Shown piece after piece: positions 28,852 to 39,432 of a stretch of DNA of 64,000 bases. The stretch is from an uncultured virus (IMG/VR IMGVR_UViG_3300027719_000270). Its lineage: Duplodnaviria > Heunggongvirae > Uroviricota > Caudoviricetes. Both the position numbers and the translations under genes were made by a program. The stretch's first letter is position 1. Each line of letters begins with the position of its first letter. Location: the IMG/VR virus record IMGVR_UViG_3300027719_000270, one strand, 5' to 3'. The notes under the pieces are model-generated. The model worked only from the letters and a program-made list of their open reading frames with translations, was not told where the DNA came from and made no database searches.

Positions 28852-28980
28852 TTTTTAGGCGCGATACGGCGCTTGATACTCCGCTAAAAAAAGAATTGAG
28901 ACCCTCGCGTACCATCTGTACGCCACGGCCCTCAATTCTTTTTTTGTGCTCGTCTGAAACGCCGTCTCGCGCCTAAAAAG
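28851..28980. repeat. Long imperfect inverted repeat directly after the att site
   Basis: ctttttaggcgcgatacggcg / cgccgtctcgcgcctaaaaag (1 mismatch) and inner aaaaaaagaattgag / ctcaattcttttttt. Confidence 0.75.
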
Positions 28981-29093
28981 CAAACTGCGACTTATAAATT
29001 CGATTCGCAATTCTGCATAATATAAAAAGACAAATGCGTTTAAACTTGTCTTAGGTTTGGATACAATAATATATAGTATCAAACAAAATTCAT

Positions 29094-29843
29094 ATGAGAT
29101 TATTATCCGTTTTCAGGATTCTTTTATTGTGCGCGCCTTTCTTTTATTCTGCGGGGTGTTCTTCCATGAAAATCCCGCCGCAAGCTACGCCTGAAGAAAG
29201 CAAACAGATAGTCAAAGATTTTTACAAAAAGCATGAGCGCAATATGCCCAAGGCATTTTATATGAAGGTGGCCTCGCGCACAATAGATTCAGATCCGCAA
29301 TTGGCGGAGCAACTTTCCGAAGATTATATTTCAACATACAGACCCAATTATGAGGAAATCATTATCCCCATTATCCTTTCTCAAGACTATTCTCTCCTGT
29401 ATAAGGAGTATTCTCCTTATGATTCATTTTTTTATAAGAATAATCTGAATTGGTCGCTATACAATCAGCGTAAACTCATAATCTTTGCTGAGTATGTCAG
29501 TGCTGGAAAAAATCTAGTTCCTCTTTCTTTAGAATATTTCAATACCATAAAAGATGACACCTTAATGCTGTGCATAATGGCGGATGCGTTTAATGAGTCG
29601 GGGCATAAGCTTGAAGGTGAAATTGCAGTAAAAGATTTGTTAAACGTTCCAGATTCAAAAGATATTAATGTAGAAGCGTTTAAATATTGCACTTTATTAT
29701 CCTTCGGATTGCAAAAGGAGGCTGCGGTTTTAATAGCTAAAATGCGTGACGAATATACCAAAGAAGGCGATAAGAAATCTTTAGACGCTCTAGAGCGAGG
29801 CGATACATTAATATTAACTCCGGTATACAGGACAATATATTGA
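29094..29843 (+). CDS. Putative lipoprotein
   Basis: 'FFYSAGC' lipobox-like; helical. Confidence 0.55.
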   Translation: MRLLSVFRILLLCAPFFYSAGCSSMKIPPQATPEESKQIVKDFYKKHERNMPKAFYMKVASRTIDSDPQLAEQLSEDYISTYRPNYEEIIIPIILSQDYSLLYKEYSPYDSFFYKNNLNWSLYNQRKLIIFAEYVSAGKNLVPLSLEYFNTIKDDTLMLCIMADAFNESGHKLEGEIAVKDLLNVPDSKDINVEAFKYCTLLSFGLQKEAAVLIAKMRDEYTKEGDKKSLDALERGDTLILTPVYRTIY

Positions 29844-30709
29844 TGATTATGAAAAAACAATTCTTGGTATTTATCGTAATTGGTTTTGTTCTGCAAAATT
29901 TAATCGGTGCAGTCAATTGGGGTACTTTGTTGGGCGATTCTAAATTAAAGCAATTCTGGCATGAATCTGAAAGGGCGCGTAGAGATGTCATTGATTTTTA
30001 TGAAGATAATAGGGATGACTTGCCTCCTGAATTTTATCAAATTGTAGCGCAAGCATACTTTCTTGACTCTGATCCCGCAGGAACTTCGCGTATGAATGCG
30101 ATTAAGATAATAAAATTATATAAAAAAGCCTATTATAGCGGTCAGAGGGGTCCCATCTTTTTTTTGACTACAAGTGGATTTTTGTCCTTTGTGAGGTTAT
30201 CATATTTTAAGGACGCATTCATTGTGTCATTTAAAGTTTATGACAATAACTTGGGTCTGAATATTGCCTTGAAGATGGCTTATGCCGCAGCTTACAAAGG
30301 TAAATTATTTGAAAATGCCGATTCAAGATTTTCTATCTTAAGCCATAAAGACCCTGCCGCAGCTTTTGCGCGTGAAGACAAGGATATGAATTTGTTTTAT
30401 TTAAATGTGGTCAATGAATCTTCAGATCCAGAGCTTCCAAGAGTCTTACTGCTAGCGCTTGGGCTAGGTGTCGACAATGACGATGTTTCATTGAATGCCG
30501 CAAAATATCTGCTCATTAAAAAATATCTAGGCGAAGTTCCTGCAAAGGAGTTTTACGCTGCGGTTGAAGACAAATTTAAAGCAGATTCTGCAAGGCTTGA
30601 GGCTTTTAAAGCCGCCTGTGCCGAGGAAGAAGTTAAGTTAGATTTTGACGCGGCCTTTGAGCGTTTGAAAACGCTTTTAATAACCCTCATGAAAATGGGC
30701 GTGATGTAG
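29840..30709 (+). CDS. Exported hypothetical protein
   Basis: 'MKKQFLVFIVIGFVLQNLIG' signal-like N-terminus. Confidence 0.55.
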   Translation: MMIMKKQFLVFIVIGFVLQNLIGAVNWGTLLGDSKLKQFWHESERARRDVIDFYEDNRDDLPPEFYQIVAQAYFLDSDPAGTSRMNAIKIIKLYKKAYYSGQRGPIFFLTTSGFLSFVRLSYFKDAFIVSFKVYDNNLGLNIALKMAYAAAYKGKLFENADSRFSILSHKDPAAAFAREDKDMNLFYLNVVNESSDPELPRVLLLALGLGVDNDDVSLNAAKYLLIKKYLGEVPAKEFYAAVEDKFKADSARLEAFKAACAEEEVKLDFDAAFERLKTLLITLMKMGVM

Positions 30710-30782
30710 TTTCTTGCAAAACGCCTCTTATGTTTAAAGCGCTTGGCAGCTTTGTAAGATTGGGTTTTCCCCCACCACCGCC

Positions 30783-30808
30783 AAAAAAAAGACGCGCCCG
30801 AAGGCGCG
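30783..30808 (-). terminator. Rho-independent terminator for the aldo/keto reductase gene
   Basis: cgcgcc-cgaa-ggcgcg hairpin with A8 run (U-tract on the minus strand). Confidence 0.7.
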
Positions 30809-30887
30809 CCTATATATTTGTATGTTAAAAATTTTTTGCGGGGCAGGTATTTAATTTGCGGCACTGCGTATACGCATTGCCGCAGCC

Positions 30888-31871
30888 TCAATCTTTGCTG
30901 ATTTTAAGCGTGGTCTGCCTTAAGAACGAGATGTCTGCCGCTTCAAGGTATATAGAGCCCGCTTCGGCGTTTTCTAAAATGTTTGAAGGCGCGCGAGAGC
31001 CCGCAAGCACGTGCGTTATCCCGCCCAAATTAAGCGTGTAGGCTATTGCCAGTTGCGAAAGCGTGCATTTGTATTTTTGCGCTACGGGCTTCCAAGCTTC
31101 AAGCATATCCAAAACCTGAGCGCGTTTTTCGTGGACAAAAAACGGATTCCAGTCGGGATTGTCTCTGAAAGCCCCGCGCGTTTGCGTGTTCATGCCTATG
31201 CGCCCCGTAAGCAGACCTTGTTCAAGCGTCATATAAGTTATGGTCGCAAGCCTGTGCGCGGTGCAGTAGGGGATGATTTCGGCTTCGGCGTCGCGCCAGA
31301 TGGGGCTATATCTGAATTGGTCGCTTACGGCGCCCAAAGAGGCAGATTTGCCCAAGTCTGCCCGCGAAAAGTTTGATACGCCGTATTCTTTTATAAGTCC
31401 CTTTTTCTTAAGCTCTTGAAGCGCCTCGATAGATTCTTCAAGAGGTGTATTGTCTCCCTCTTTAACGGGCCAGTGCATCTGATAAAGGTCTATTACCTCA
31501 AGGCCAAGGCGCTTTAAGGAGCGCTCAACCTCTTCAAAAATGACTTCGCGGGTTTGGCAGATTTTAAGCTCTTTACCGTCTATTACGGCGTGGGCTTTGC
31601 CGCGCGGGTCGTCCCAAATAATGCCGCATTTTGTGGCGATTACAAGGCCTTCGCGCCGTCCCTTTATGGCTTTGCCGACTATCTCCTCAGAAACGCCGTA
31701 ACCGTAAACGGGGGCTGTATCTATGAGGTTTATGCCCGCGTCAATCGCGGCGTGGACGGTGTTTATACAGTCGCGCTCAGAAGACGAGCCCCAAGTCTCG
31801 CCGCCGCCCATTGCCCAAGTGCCCAGGCCTACTACCGAAGCTTCCAAACTGCCGATTTTCTCTTTCCTCAT
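30888..31871 (-). CDS. Aldo/keto reductase
   Basis: 'GLGTWAMGG', 'IDTAPVYG', 'IATKCG', 'IDLYQMHWP', 'GVSNF'. Confidence 0.95.
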   Translation of the reverse strand: MRKEKIGSLEASVVGLGTWAMGGGETWGSSSERDCINTVHAAIDAGINLIDTAPVYGYGVSEEIVGKAIKGRREGLVIATKCGIIWDDPRGKAHAVIDGKELKICQTREVIFEEVERSLKRLGLEVIDLYQMHWPVKEGDNTPLEESIEALQELKKKGLIKEYGVSNFSRADLGKSASLGAVSDQFRYSPIWRDAEAEIIPYCTAHRLATITYMTLEQGLLTGRIGMNTQTRGAFRDNPDWNPFFVHEKRAQVLDMLEAWKPVAQKYKCTLSQLAIAYTLNLGGITHVLAGSRAPSNILENAEAGSIYLEAADISFLRQTTLKISKD

Positions 31872-32005
31872 AAAGCTAGATGAATTTCAAAATAATGTTA
31901 TGTGTGGATTTTCCTTTGCCAAGCTTTAATGAAATGAAATATGAAAAACGCGTTGTTTTATTTTATCGGCAGAAAAACATGTACATAAATTTTTAAAAGA
32001 ATTGT

Positions 32006-32034
32006 TTGACAAAGGCGATGCGAATAACATAAAT
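32006..32034 (+). promoter_or_regulatory. Putative sigma70 promoter of tRNA-Asn
   Basis: TTGACA at 32006 with an imperfect CATAAA/ATAAAT -10 16-17 nt downstream. Confidence 0.45.
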
Positions 32035-32054
32035 GCAAGCTTCTTTTTTAGTGA

Positions 32055-32129
<75 letters not shown>

Positions 32130-32158
32130 CTAAAAAATAAAGCCTAAAATAGGCGTAA

Positions 32159-32292
32159 TGCCCTGCAAAATAAAACGTTGCGGGGCTTTTTATTTTACGA
32201 GTTAGGCGTTTTTGCGCCTTTACAGGTCTTTTTGAATCTACACAAAAAACCAAAAATTTAGCTAAAAATATGCAGTTTTAGCGGCATTTCTG
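32159..32292 (+). repeat. Island leader repeat, copy 1 (~135 bp)
   Basis: Imperfect direct repeat of 38995-39130, containing a gccctgcaa...ttgcggggc hairpin plus T-tract. Confidence 0.85.
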
Positions 32293-32494
32293 TTATATTT
32301 TGGTATATGAAGCACCTATTTCAAAAAGGTGTAAGGTTTGAATATTACGCCATACCCATCTAGACCTCGTACTATTAAATTCTCTTGATATAAGTAGTTA
32401 TAATTATTTTAATATCTACAAATTTCTAAAAATTTAGAAAATATCTATAAGTGCATTAAAGAATTACGGGAAAATGATAACTTTATAATCATAC

Positions 32495-33667
32495 ATGAAA
32501 TACTCATTACCGAAAAAATACGAAGCATTTTTTTCTGAAATAAGTGAAAAACTATGGGCCAATAATGCTAGCATAATGGTTGGGGCTGGTTTCAGTAAAA
32601 ATGCAATAAATAAAAGTGGAGCAAAACCCTTCCCAACATGGTTTGATCTTGGTGATGTGTTGTGTGACAAATTAAAAAATTCATCTCCCGAAAAATATCT
32701 TAATTTGCTGAAACTTGCCGATGAAGTAGAATCTTCATTTGGTAGGCCGACGTTAAATGGAATACTTAAGGAAAATATGCCGGATTTAGAGTATACTCCG
32801 GGTAAGCTTCATCAGGATTTGCTTAATTTGCCCTGGCGAGATGTCTTTACTACTAATTACGACACTCTCTTGGAGCGTGCTGCGGAAAGCATTATAAAAA
32901 GAAGTTATGACATAGTAGTCAATAGGGAAGGATTGGTTTATTCTAGGCAACCCAGAATTGTAAAATTACATGGATCATTCCCATCAATTGAGCCCTTTAT
33001 CATTACGGAGGAAGATTATCGAAAATATCCACATGAGTTTGCCCCATTTGTGAATACAGTTCAACAGGCTCTGGTTGAAACAGTTTTCTGTCTTATAGGC
33101 TTTTCTGGAGATGATCCAAATTTCCTAAAATGGATTGGATGGGTTAGAGATAATTTTGGTGGAGTGAATTCACCAAAGATTTACTTAATTCTTATCACTT
33201 CGCTAAACGAAGGGCAAAGACTTCTTTTAACGCGTCGGAATATCATTCCGATTGAATTATTCTCCGAATGTAATGGAAAAATTTTACCATCGGATGCGCT
33301 GGAGGCTTTTTTGAATAGATTAGAACAAGGGGAAGCAAAATCAAAGCGGATATGGCCTAACTCTCAGGTGCCTAATATTCGCGATAAAAAAAGCGTTATG
33401 GAAACTCTCGAATCATGGAGAAATACAAGATTGGAATTCCCTAATTGGCTTATAACACCTGAAAAAAAACGTAGGAAATTAAAAATTTATACAATATCTG
33501 CATCTTTACTACTCCAATCAATCAATGAAATTGATGATGGATCAAGATTTGAATTTTTATATGAATATATACAAGAAATTCAAAAGGATATTTTACCCGG
33601 ATTCAAACTCCAACCTCCAGCAGGAACTATGAGTATGATGATGATGGAATCACGCTACATTCAATAA
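32495..33667 (+). pseudogene. Defence-associated sirtuin (DSR-type SIR2 NADase), C-terminally truncated at about 33565
   Basis: 'MVGAGFSKNA', 'FTTNYDTLLE', 'KLHGS', 'IGFSGDDPNF'; the last ~33 codons are out-of-frame Rhs sequence. Confidence 0.8.
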
Positions 33668-36183
33668 CAAACTCTGATGGAGAAACATTTTCTTATGCAT
33701 CCGACTCAAGCGGAATGATAAATTATGCCGAGTCTTCTCAATCTGGAACTGATTCTAATTCTACAGTTCGTACTAATACAACCCATTTTGAGTATGAAGA
33801 CGGAGCGTTTTGGGAGGTTATTACCTATGTTTGGAAGGAGAAAATTGTTGGCGAGGGTGGTGACGCGCAAGAGGCCCATCGTTATGTCTTGAAAACGAAG
33901 GTTAGCGGTTACTCATGCGTTCCGGATACATCAGGTTTTGTAACTTTTTCTCAACTAAAAGAGATTTTTAACGGTAAAATAGTTGAAGAAACATCTCGAC
34001 TAAATAAAAGTGAGAAATTGATAGAGACAACTATAACAACAACGCCAGTGAGTCAAACGGATCTTACAGGAAGTACGCGCGAAGTATATAAAATTTTGAA
34101 TGGCAAGCAAGTTTATTACAAGAAGGAAAATATTGATGATGTGTCTAATCCGCAAATGATTTCCTCGTATTGGACAGCGTATGATAAATTTGGAAGAGAA
34201 CTTTCAAAATATTATGGGGAAAGTAAAAGTTCTTATGATTATGTTACAAAATATTTTTATTATCCAAATGTGGTTAATGCAACAACTCCGGCTATTGGTC
34301 GTCACAAATCTTCTATTATATATAATTCACAAAATCAGCCTATTATGGGACAATTATGGGAATATATTTCAAATACCGATAGAAATGCAGGGAAAGTAAA
34401 GAAAATTATTTACGGCAAAAGCGACTTTACCGCTGACGGCGGAATGTCTGGTCCCGCAACGCGTTATAAATATAATGATATGGGTTTAGTTACGCATACT
34501 TGGGGTTATAATGAAACTCCTGTCATATATGCATATAATGAGTTGGGCGAAAAAACGGATATGTATTTGTTTAATAATATCCCTACCGAAACATACTGGG
34601 ACACCGACACATGGCCTTCTGATATGACAATATCTTCTCCGTATGCGGAACATACTCAATGGGTTATTCAGCCCACGACCGGATTATTGTCCCAAAAACT
34701 TCATAATGGGATCGAGGACTACTCATTTAACTATTTGCAAAATAGCTCTGAAATTTCTAGTATTACTACCCCCAATGGTAATGTTCAATATGAGCGTCTG
34801 AATACAGTTGGGGCTGACGGATTCTCCAGAAAATCAACAGTAATTACCTACCCTAGTGGCAACACCGTCGTTATGAGGAAGGGCATAAATGGGAAAACGG
34901 ACAAGGTAGATGTGGTTAGAAATGGACAGACATTATTATGGGAATATATCTACAACAACTCTGCTGCCGATAATCCATCGATGGAAATATTCCCTGATGG
35001 ATTTAAATTGTTGCGCGATTATGATGACTACGGCAGAATGGTTAAGCTGTTCCTATACGACGCCTCAAATTCTGAAGTTTATCATGTAGAATATTCTTAT
35101 GATGCCGAAGGCAAAGTTTCTACATTGGCGGCAGATTCTAGGACATTTAGCTTTAAACGAATTAATGGGCAATTGAATGGCTTTATTGCTAATTCAGCTA
35201 CAGGAGAGGAATCTTATTCCTCAAAGATTGATTATGATGATTTGGGCAGAATCCAGAGAATTTATGCCGATAATGGCTATATAGATAATAAGCGAGATAT
35301 TTTTTATTCTTTTAATATCTTAAACAAAGTCCAAGATAAATTGGCAAGAGGTTTAGATAGTTTTACCCATTCTTATACTTATACCTATAATGAATCTATA
35401 CCCGGATTAAAGAATGTAAATTCCCAGATATTTGGTTGTGCATACACTGCAGATTCCGCAGGGAATATCCGTAATTCCGCATACGGAAGCGTAAGTGTGG
35501 ATATATTTAACAGGATTGTTCAAATCGGCAGAACCGGATTGCACTCAATTTATTTGACAGGCAATGTGCCCAATTTAGAAAATCAAATGTTTACTCTTAA
35601 GATAGATGGTATTGAGGCATCTCCGCTAACGCGATTTTCAAATGGCGACTTTGTATATGCATTTAAAAACTTTATGAGCACTCCCAAGTTTTATGAGATA
35701 AAGGCAGAATCGTCCATTGATGGTGAGGGGACGGCAGGGAACGACGCTAAGACTATGTTGCGCGGAAGTTTCTACATACCTCCGCAAAATGAAATCTTTA
35801 ATTATGATTTGAGTGGGAATATGATCGGCGATGGACGTTGGGCTTATACATGGGATGAAGCTAATAGGCTGATTGCGATTACTACTAACCCATCGGCGGT
35901 TTCCGCAGGTATTAAAAATGAACGTTTTGAATACGATTACGATTGGAAGAATCTTAAAATATGTGTCAGACATTATAATTGGGATGAGGCTGATTCCTCT
36001 TGGCAATTAAGTTATACAAACAAACGTTATTATGATCAATATAACTTAATTTATGAGACTACAATATACACAAGCTCGGGAAGATTACCCGAAGTGAAGA
36101 AATTTTATTATGGACCTGATGCAACTGATGATATTTACAGTACAGGTGGGACAAGAGGTCTTGTTATGATAAACTTATTTTAA
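33565..36183 (+). pseudogene. Internal Rhs/YD-repeat fragment lacking N-terminus, DPxG core end and toxin tip
   Basis: YD repeats, 'YDLSGNMIGDGRWAYTWDEANRL'; frame open from 33565; stops at 'GGTRGLVMINLF' where the intact paralog continues. Confidence 0.8.
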
Positions 36184-36201
36184 TATGCATATCTAAACAT
36201 G

Positions 36202-37832
36202 AATTACATGTCTCATGAAAATTAAAAGTCTTTTAAAATCGTTTGTCTGTATAATGATGTTTGCGCAAATAAGCCACATGACAAGCGCGCAAGCCTTGAT
36301 GGACGACGCAAAGATTTTTGAAATGTATGCAAAGTGCCACAAGAATTCCGATGAGAATTTTATATTTTCGCCGTTTTCTGTGGCGCAACTTTTAAAGATG
36401 CTCTCAATCGGTGCGGATGAGGATGGCAAGGCCGAGATTGCGAGGCTTTTAAAGGTATCGCGCGACGAGGTTTCGAGCGTTTTAAAAGCTTCTGAAAACG
36501 AAGAAGCTTTATTTTGCGCAAACTCAATTTGGTTGCAAGAGGGCAAGGTTTTGCCGCAAAACTTCTGCGGTATTTTAAAGGCAGATTGCGGTGCGGACGT
36601 ATTGAATGCCGATTTTGCAAAGTCCGCAGATGTTCGCAAAAAAATCTCTTATTGGGCGGCGCAAAAAACAATGAATCTTGTCAATGATGTTGAGCTTTCT
36701 TCAAACCCCATCGCGGAAATGTTTTTATTAAATGTCGCCGGGTTTAAAAAATCTTGGGAATCTCAGTTTGATGAAAATTATACGAGATACAAAAATTTTA
36801 AGACGCCAAACGGCAATGTCAGGGTGCTATTTATGTCTAAGGGAGACGAGCCTTTTGCCGCCGTTTCGAGCGATTCTTTTAAAGCGATAGAAATTCCCTA
36901 TCTCGGCAAAAAATTCTCAATGATTTTGATAAAACCGATTTATGGCACCAAGCCTTCGCAGATAACTTATGAAGTTTATGCTGATATTATCAAAGACCTT
37001 AAAGCCCCTGCAAATTTCAAAAAAGCAGAAATAATTGTTCCGAGGTTTTCTGTAAATGCGGAGCCGTTTTCCATTTCTCACGCTCTAAAACAAATGGGCG
37101 TAAAAAGAGTTTTTGAAAACGCCGCCCTCTTTGGAGGCTTGCAAAAAGTTGATGAAGCATTTACCGGCGCAAAGATTGACGTTTATGAAAAGGGAACTAT
37201 TGTTACAGCCTATTGCGCAAGCACCTTGATTGGCGCTTTGGATGGGGCGAGCTTCAGCTTCGACTCTCCATATATGTTTTTTTTGGTAGAAAATGTCGGC
37301 AATAACATTCTCTTTATGGGTGTTGTGAACGACCCATCAAAAAATTAAAAGATTAATTACATGTCTCATGAAAATTAAAAGTCTTTTAAAATCGTTTGTC
37401 TGTATAATGATGTTTGCGCAAATAAGCCACATGACAAGCGCGCAAGCCTTGATGGACGACGCAAAGATTTTTGAAATGTATGCAAAGTGCCACAAGAATT
37501 CCGATGAGAATTTTATATTTTCGCCGTTTTCTGTGGCGCAACTTTTAAAGATGCTCTCAATCGGTGCGGATGAGGATGGCAAGGCCGAGATTGCGAGGCT
37601 TTTAAAGGTATCGCGCGACGAGGTTTCGAGCGTTTTAAAAGCTTCTGAAAACGAAGAAGCTTTATTTTGCGCAAACTCAATTTGGTTGCAAGAGGGCAAG
37701 GTTTTGCCGCAAAACTTCTGCGGTATTTTAAAGGCAGATTGCGGTGCGGACGTATTGAATGCCGATTTTGCAAAGTCCGCAGATGTTCGCAAAAAAATCT
37801 CTTATTGGGCGGCGCAAAAAACAATGAATCTT
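36202..37832 (+). repeat. 478-bp apparently identical direct repeat (36202-36679 / 37355-37832)
   Basis: Covers the 5' halves of both serpins; offset 1153 bp. Confidence 0.9.
36215..37348 (+). CDS. Secreted serpin-family protein 1
   Basis: 'ENFIFSPFS', 'ANSIW', 'F..W...F', 'IEIPY', 'VPRF', 'EKGT', 'FDSPYMFFL...ILFMGVVNDP'; signal-like N-terminus. Confidence 0.9.
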   Translation: MKIKSLLKSFVCIMMFAQISHMTSAQALMDDAKIFEMYAKCHKNSDENFIFSPFSVAQLLKMLSIGADEDGKAEIARLLKVSRDEVSSVLKASENEEALFCANSIWLQEGKVLPQNFCGILKADCGADVLNADFAKSADVRKKISYWAAQKTMNLVNDVELSSNPIAEMFLLNVAGFKKSWESQFDENYTRYKNFKTPNGNVRVLFMSKGDEPFAAVSSDSFKAIEIPYLGKKFSMILIKPIYGTKPSQITYEVYADIIKDLKAPANFKKAEIIVPRFSVNAEPFSISHALKQMGVKRVFENAALFGGLQKVDEAFTGAKIDVYEKGTIVTAYCASTLIGALDGASFSFDSPYMFFLVENVGNNILFMGVVNDPSKN

Positions 37833-38498
37833 ATGAATGATGTTGATATAAAATTAAGCGATACGGGCGCGCTTATTATAAACGTTGCGGCATTCCGAAA
37901 AGAGTGGAAGTTTCCGTTTAATCCGCAAATGACATCATTGGGATACTTTAATAATGGAAATGCAACACGGGGAGATGCTTATTATATGAAACAAAATATT
38001 CAAAAGCTCGCTTGTGTAAAAGAAGAAGATTGCGAGGCAATTGAATTACCTTATTACGGCGACAAATATTCAATTATTTTTATAAAAACAATAAACGGCA
38101 TGTCGCCCTCTGAAATCACCTTCAAGATTTATTCTTATATATGCAAAACGCTTCAAGAACCCTCTAATATGCATGAGGTGAATATCAATCTTCCCAAGTT
38201 TTCCATAAGGGGAAACTCTTTATCAATCATTCCGCTATTGCAAGAAATGGGCGTAAAAAAAGTTTTTGAAACTGACCGTTTGGACGCCTTATGCAAACTT
38301 GACGCTTTGTTTAGCGCCGTGAAAATAGATATCAATCCGAGCGGGACAAATCGCGAATCTCCCAACAAGCGCATATTTAATGCGTTAAGAGATAAAGATT
38401 TCTATATATTTAACTCGCCTTTTATGTTTTTTTTGAGGGAAAACGACGGCGGCAACATACTTTTTATGGGCGTTGTGAATGACCCTTTAAAAAATTAA
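37368..38498 (+). CDS. Secreted serpin-family protein 2
   Basis: Same serpin motifs; first 155 aa identical to serpin 1. Confidence 0.9.
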   Translation: MKIKSLLKSFVCIMMFAQISHMTSAQALMDDAKIFEMYAKCHKNSDENFIFSPFSVAQLLKMLSIGADEDGKAEIARLLKVSRDEVSSVLKASENEEALFCANSIWLQEGKVLPQNFCGILKADCGADVLNADFAKSADVRKKISYWAAQKTMNLMNDVDIKLSDTGALIINVAAFRKEWKFPFNPQMTSLGYFNNGNATRGDAYYMKQNIQKLACVKEEDCEAIELPYYGDKYSIIFIKTINGMSPSEITFKIYSYICKTLQEPSNMHEVNINLPKFSIRGNSLSIIPLLQEMGVKKVFETDRLDALCKLDALFSAVKIDINPSGTNRESPNKRIFNALRDKDFYIFNSPFMFFLRENDGGNILFMGVVNDPLKN

Positions 38499-38702
38499 GG
38501 CCGTTTGACTTTTTGCTTTGGGCTGTTGCGCTATTTGAGAAATTCAAAGAAGTAAAATAGACTTGGATTTAATATAGAGTCATAATAATATAAAAAATAT
38601 CATGAATTATGCGCGCCTAAAAAATCTGCCGCCTCAGGCTTTGCGTAAATACACATGGTATTATAATTGCAATTTTGATTCAACAATCCCTCAAGCAGAC
38701 TT

Positions 38703-38886
38703 GCCGCAATTTGAAAATAAAGACTTCCCTGAAATCTTGATGCACGCAGAGTGAGCGTGATTTTGTTTGTGCAAGTTTTCTTAAGTGCGCTTTATAATAA
38801 ATAGAGCTGCGAGTAATATAAAATTTTTGATTACTCCGCTGAAGTGCGACCCGAGGGAGCTTTCGCCAAAGCAACCGCAAGAAATA
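38703..38886 (-). pseudogene. 3' remnant of mauE/doxX plus its downstream sequence
   Basis: 184-bp near-identical copy of 51856-52039, including the SCGCFG codons. Confidence 0.85.
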
Positions 38887-38994
38887 ATACGGACAGATCT
38901 CCATTCTTATGTGTCTCTTGATCATGAATTCTTAAGCGGTGCATCGACAATTCAGGAGCCGACAAGAAGCTGGTAGTATCAGATGAATACATCC

Positions 38995-39150
38995 TGCCCT
39001 GCAAAATAAAACGTTGCGGGGCTTTTTATTTTACGAGTTCGGCATTTTTGCGCGTAAAGGGGTGTGTTTTTGAATCTACTTTAAAAACCAAAAATTTAGC
39101 TAAAAATATGCCGTTTTAGCGGAATTTCTGATTCATAACTGATTCACGAG
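38995..39150 (+). repeat. Island leader repeat, copy 2, followed by a CTGATTCA direct repeat
   Basis: Matches 32159-32292; then ctgattcataactgattcac. Confidence 0.8.
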
Positions 39151-39432
39151 ACGGCTAAGTTTATTCATTGAGTATTGAGAACTTGATGACGCAAGAAGAT
39201 TCGCAATGCCTCATAAGGTTATATTGAGTTCATGATTATTAAAATTTAATAATCTGGAGCAAAAGAAAAAATTATGAAAATATTTTATTAAGCAAAATTA
39301 TAGAATGTTTATAAGGTTTATTTTTAATGTTATTTACCATTGACATTTAACATAATATTTTAAAGTTTAGATCAAACGACTGTTGATTTTAATGTTTATT
39401 TGTTTATAAAATATTTAACAGGCACAAAATAT

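Noticed and set aside
38680..38976. Short ORFs 38680-38925 and 38785-38976
   Set aside because: They are alternative-frame readings of the mauE remnant and junction sequence.
39340..39366. Sigma70 promoter for the Rhs operon
   Set aside because: TTGACA is present, but the best -10 (TAAAGT) is only 15 nt away in very AT-rich DNA; not well supported.
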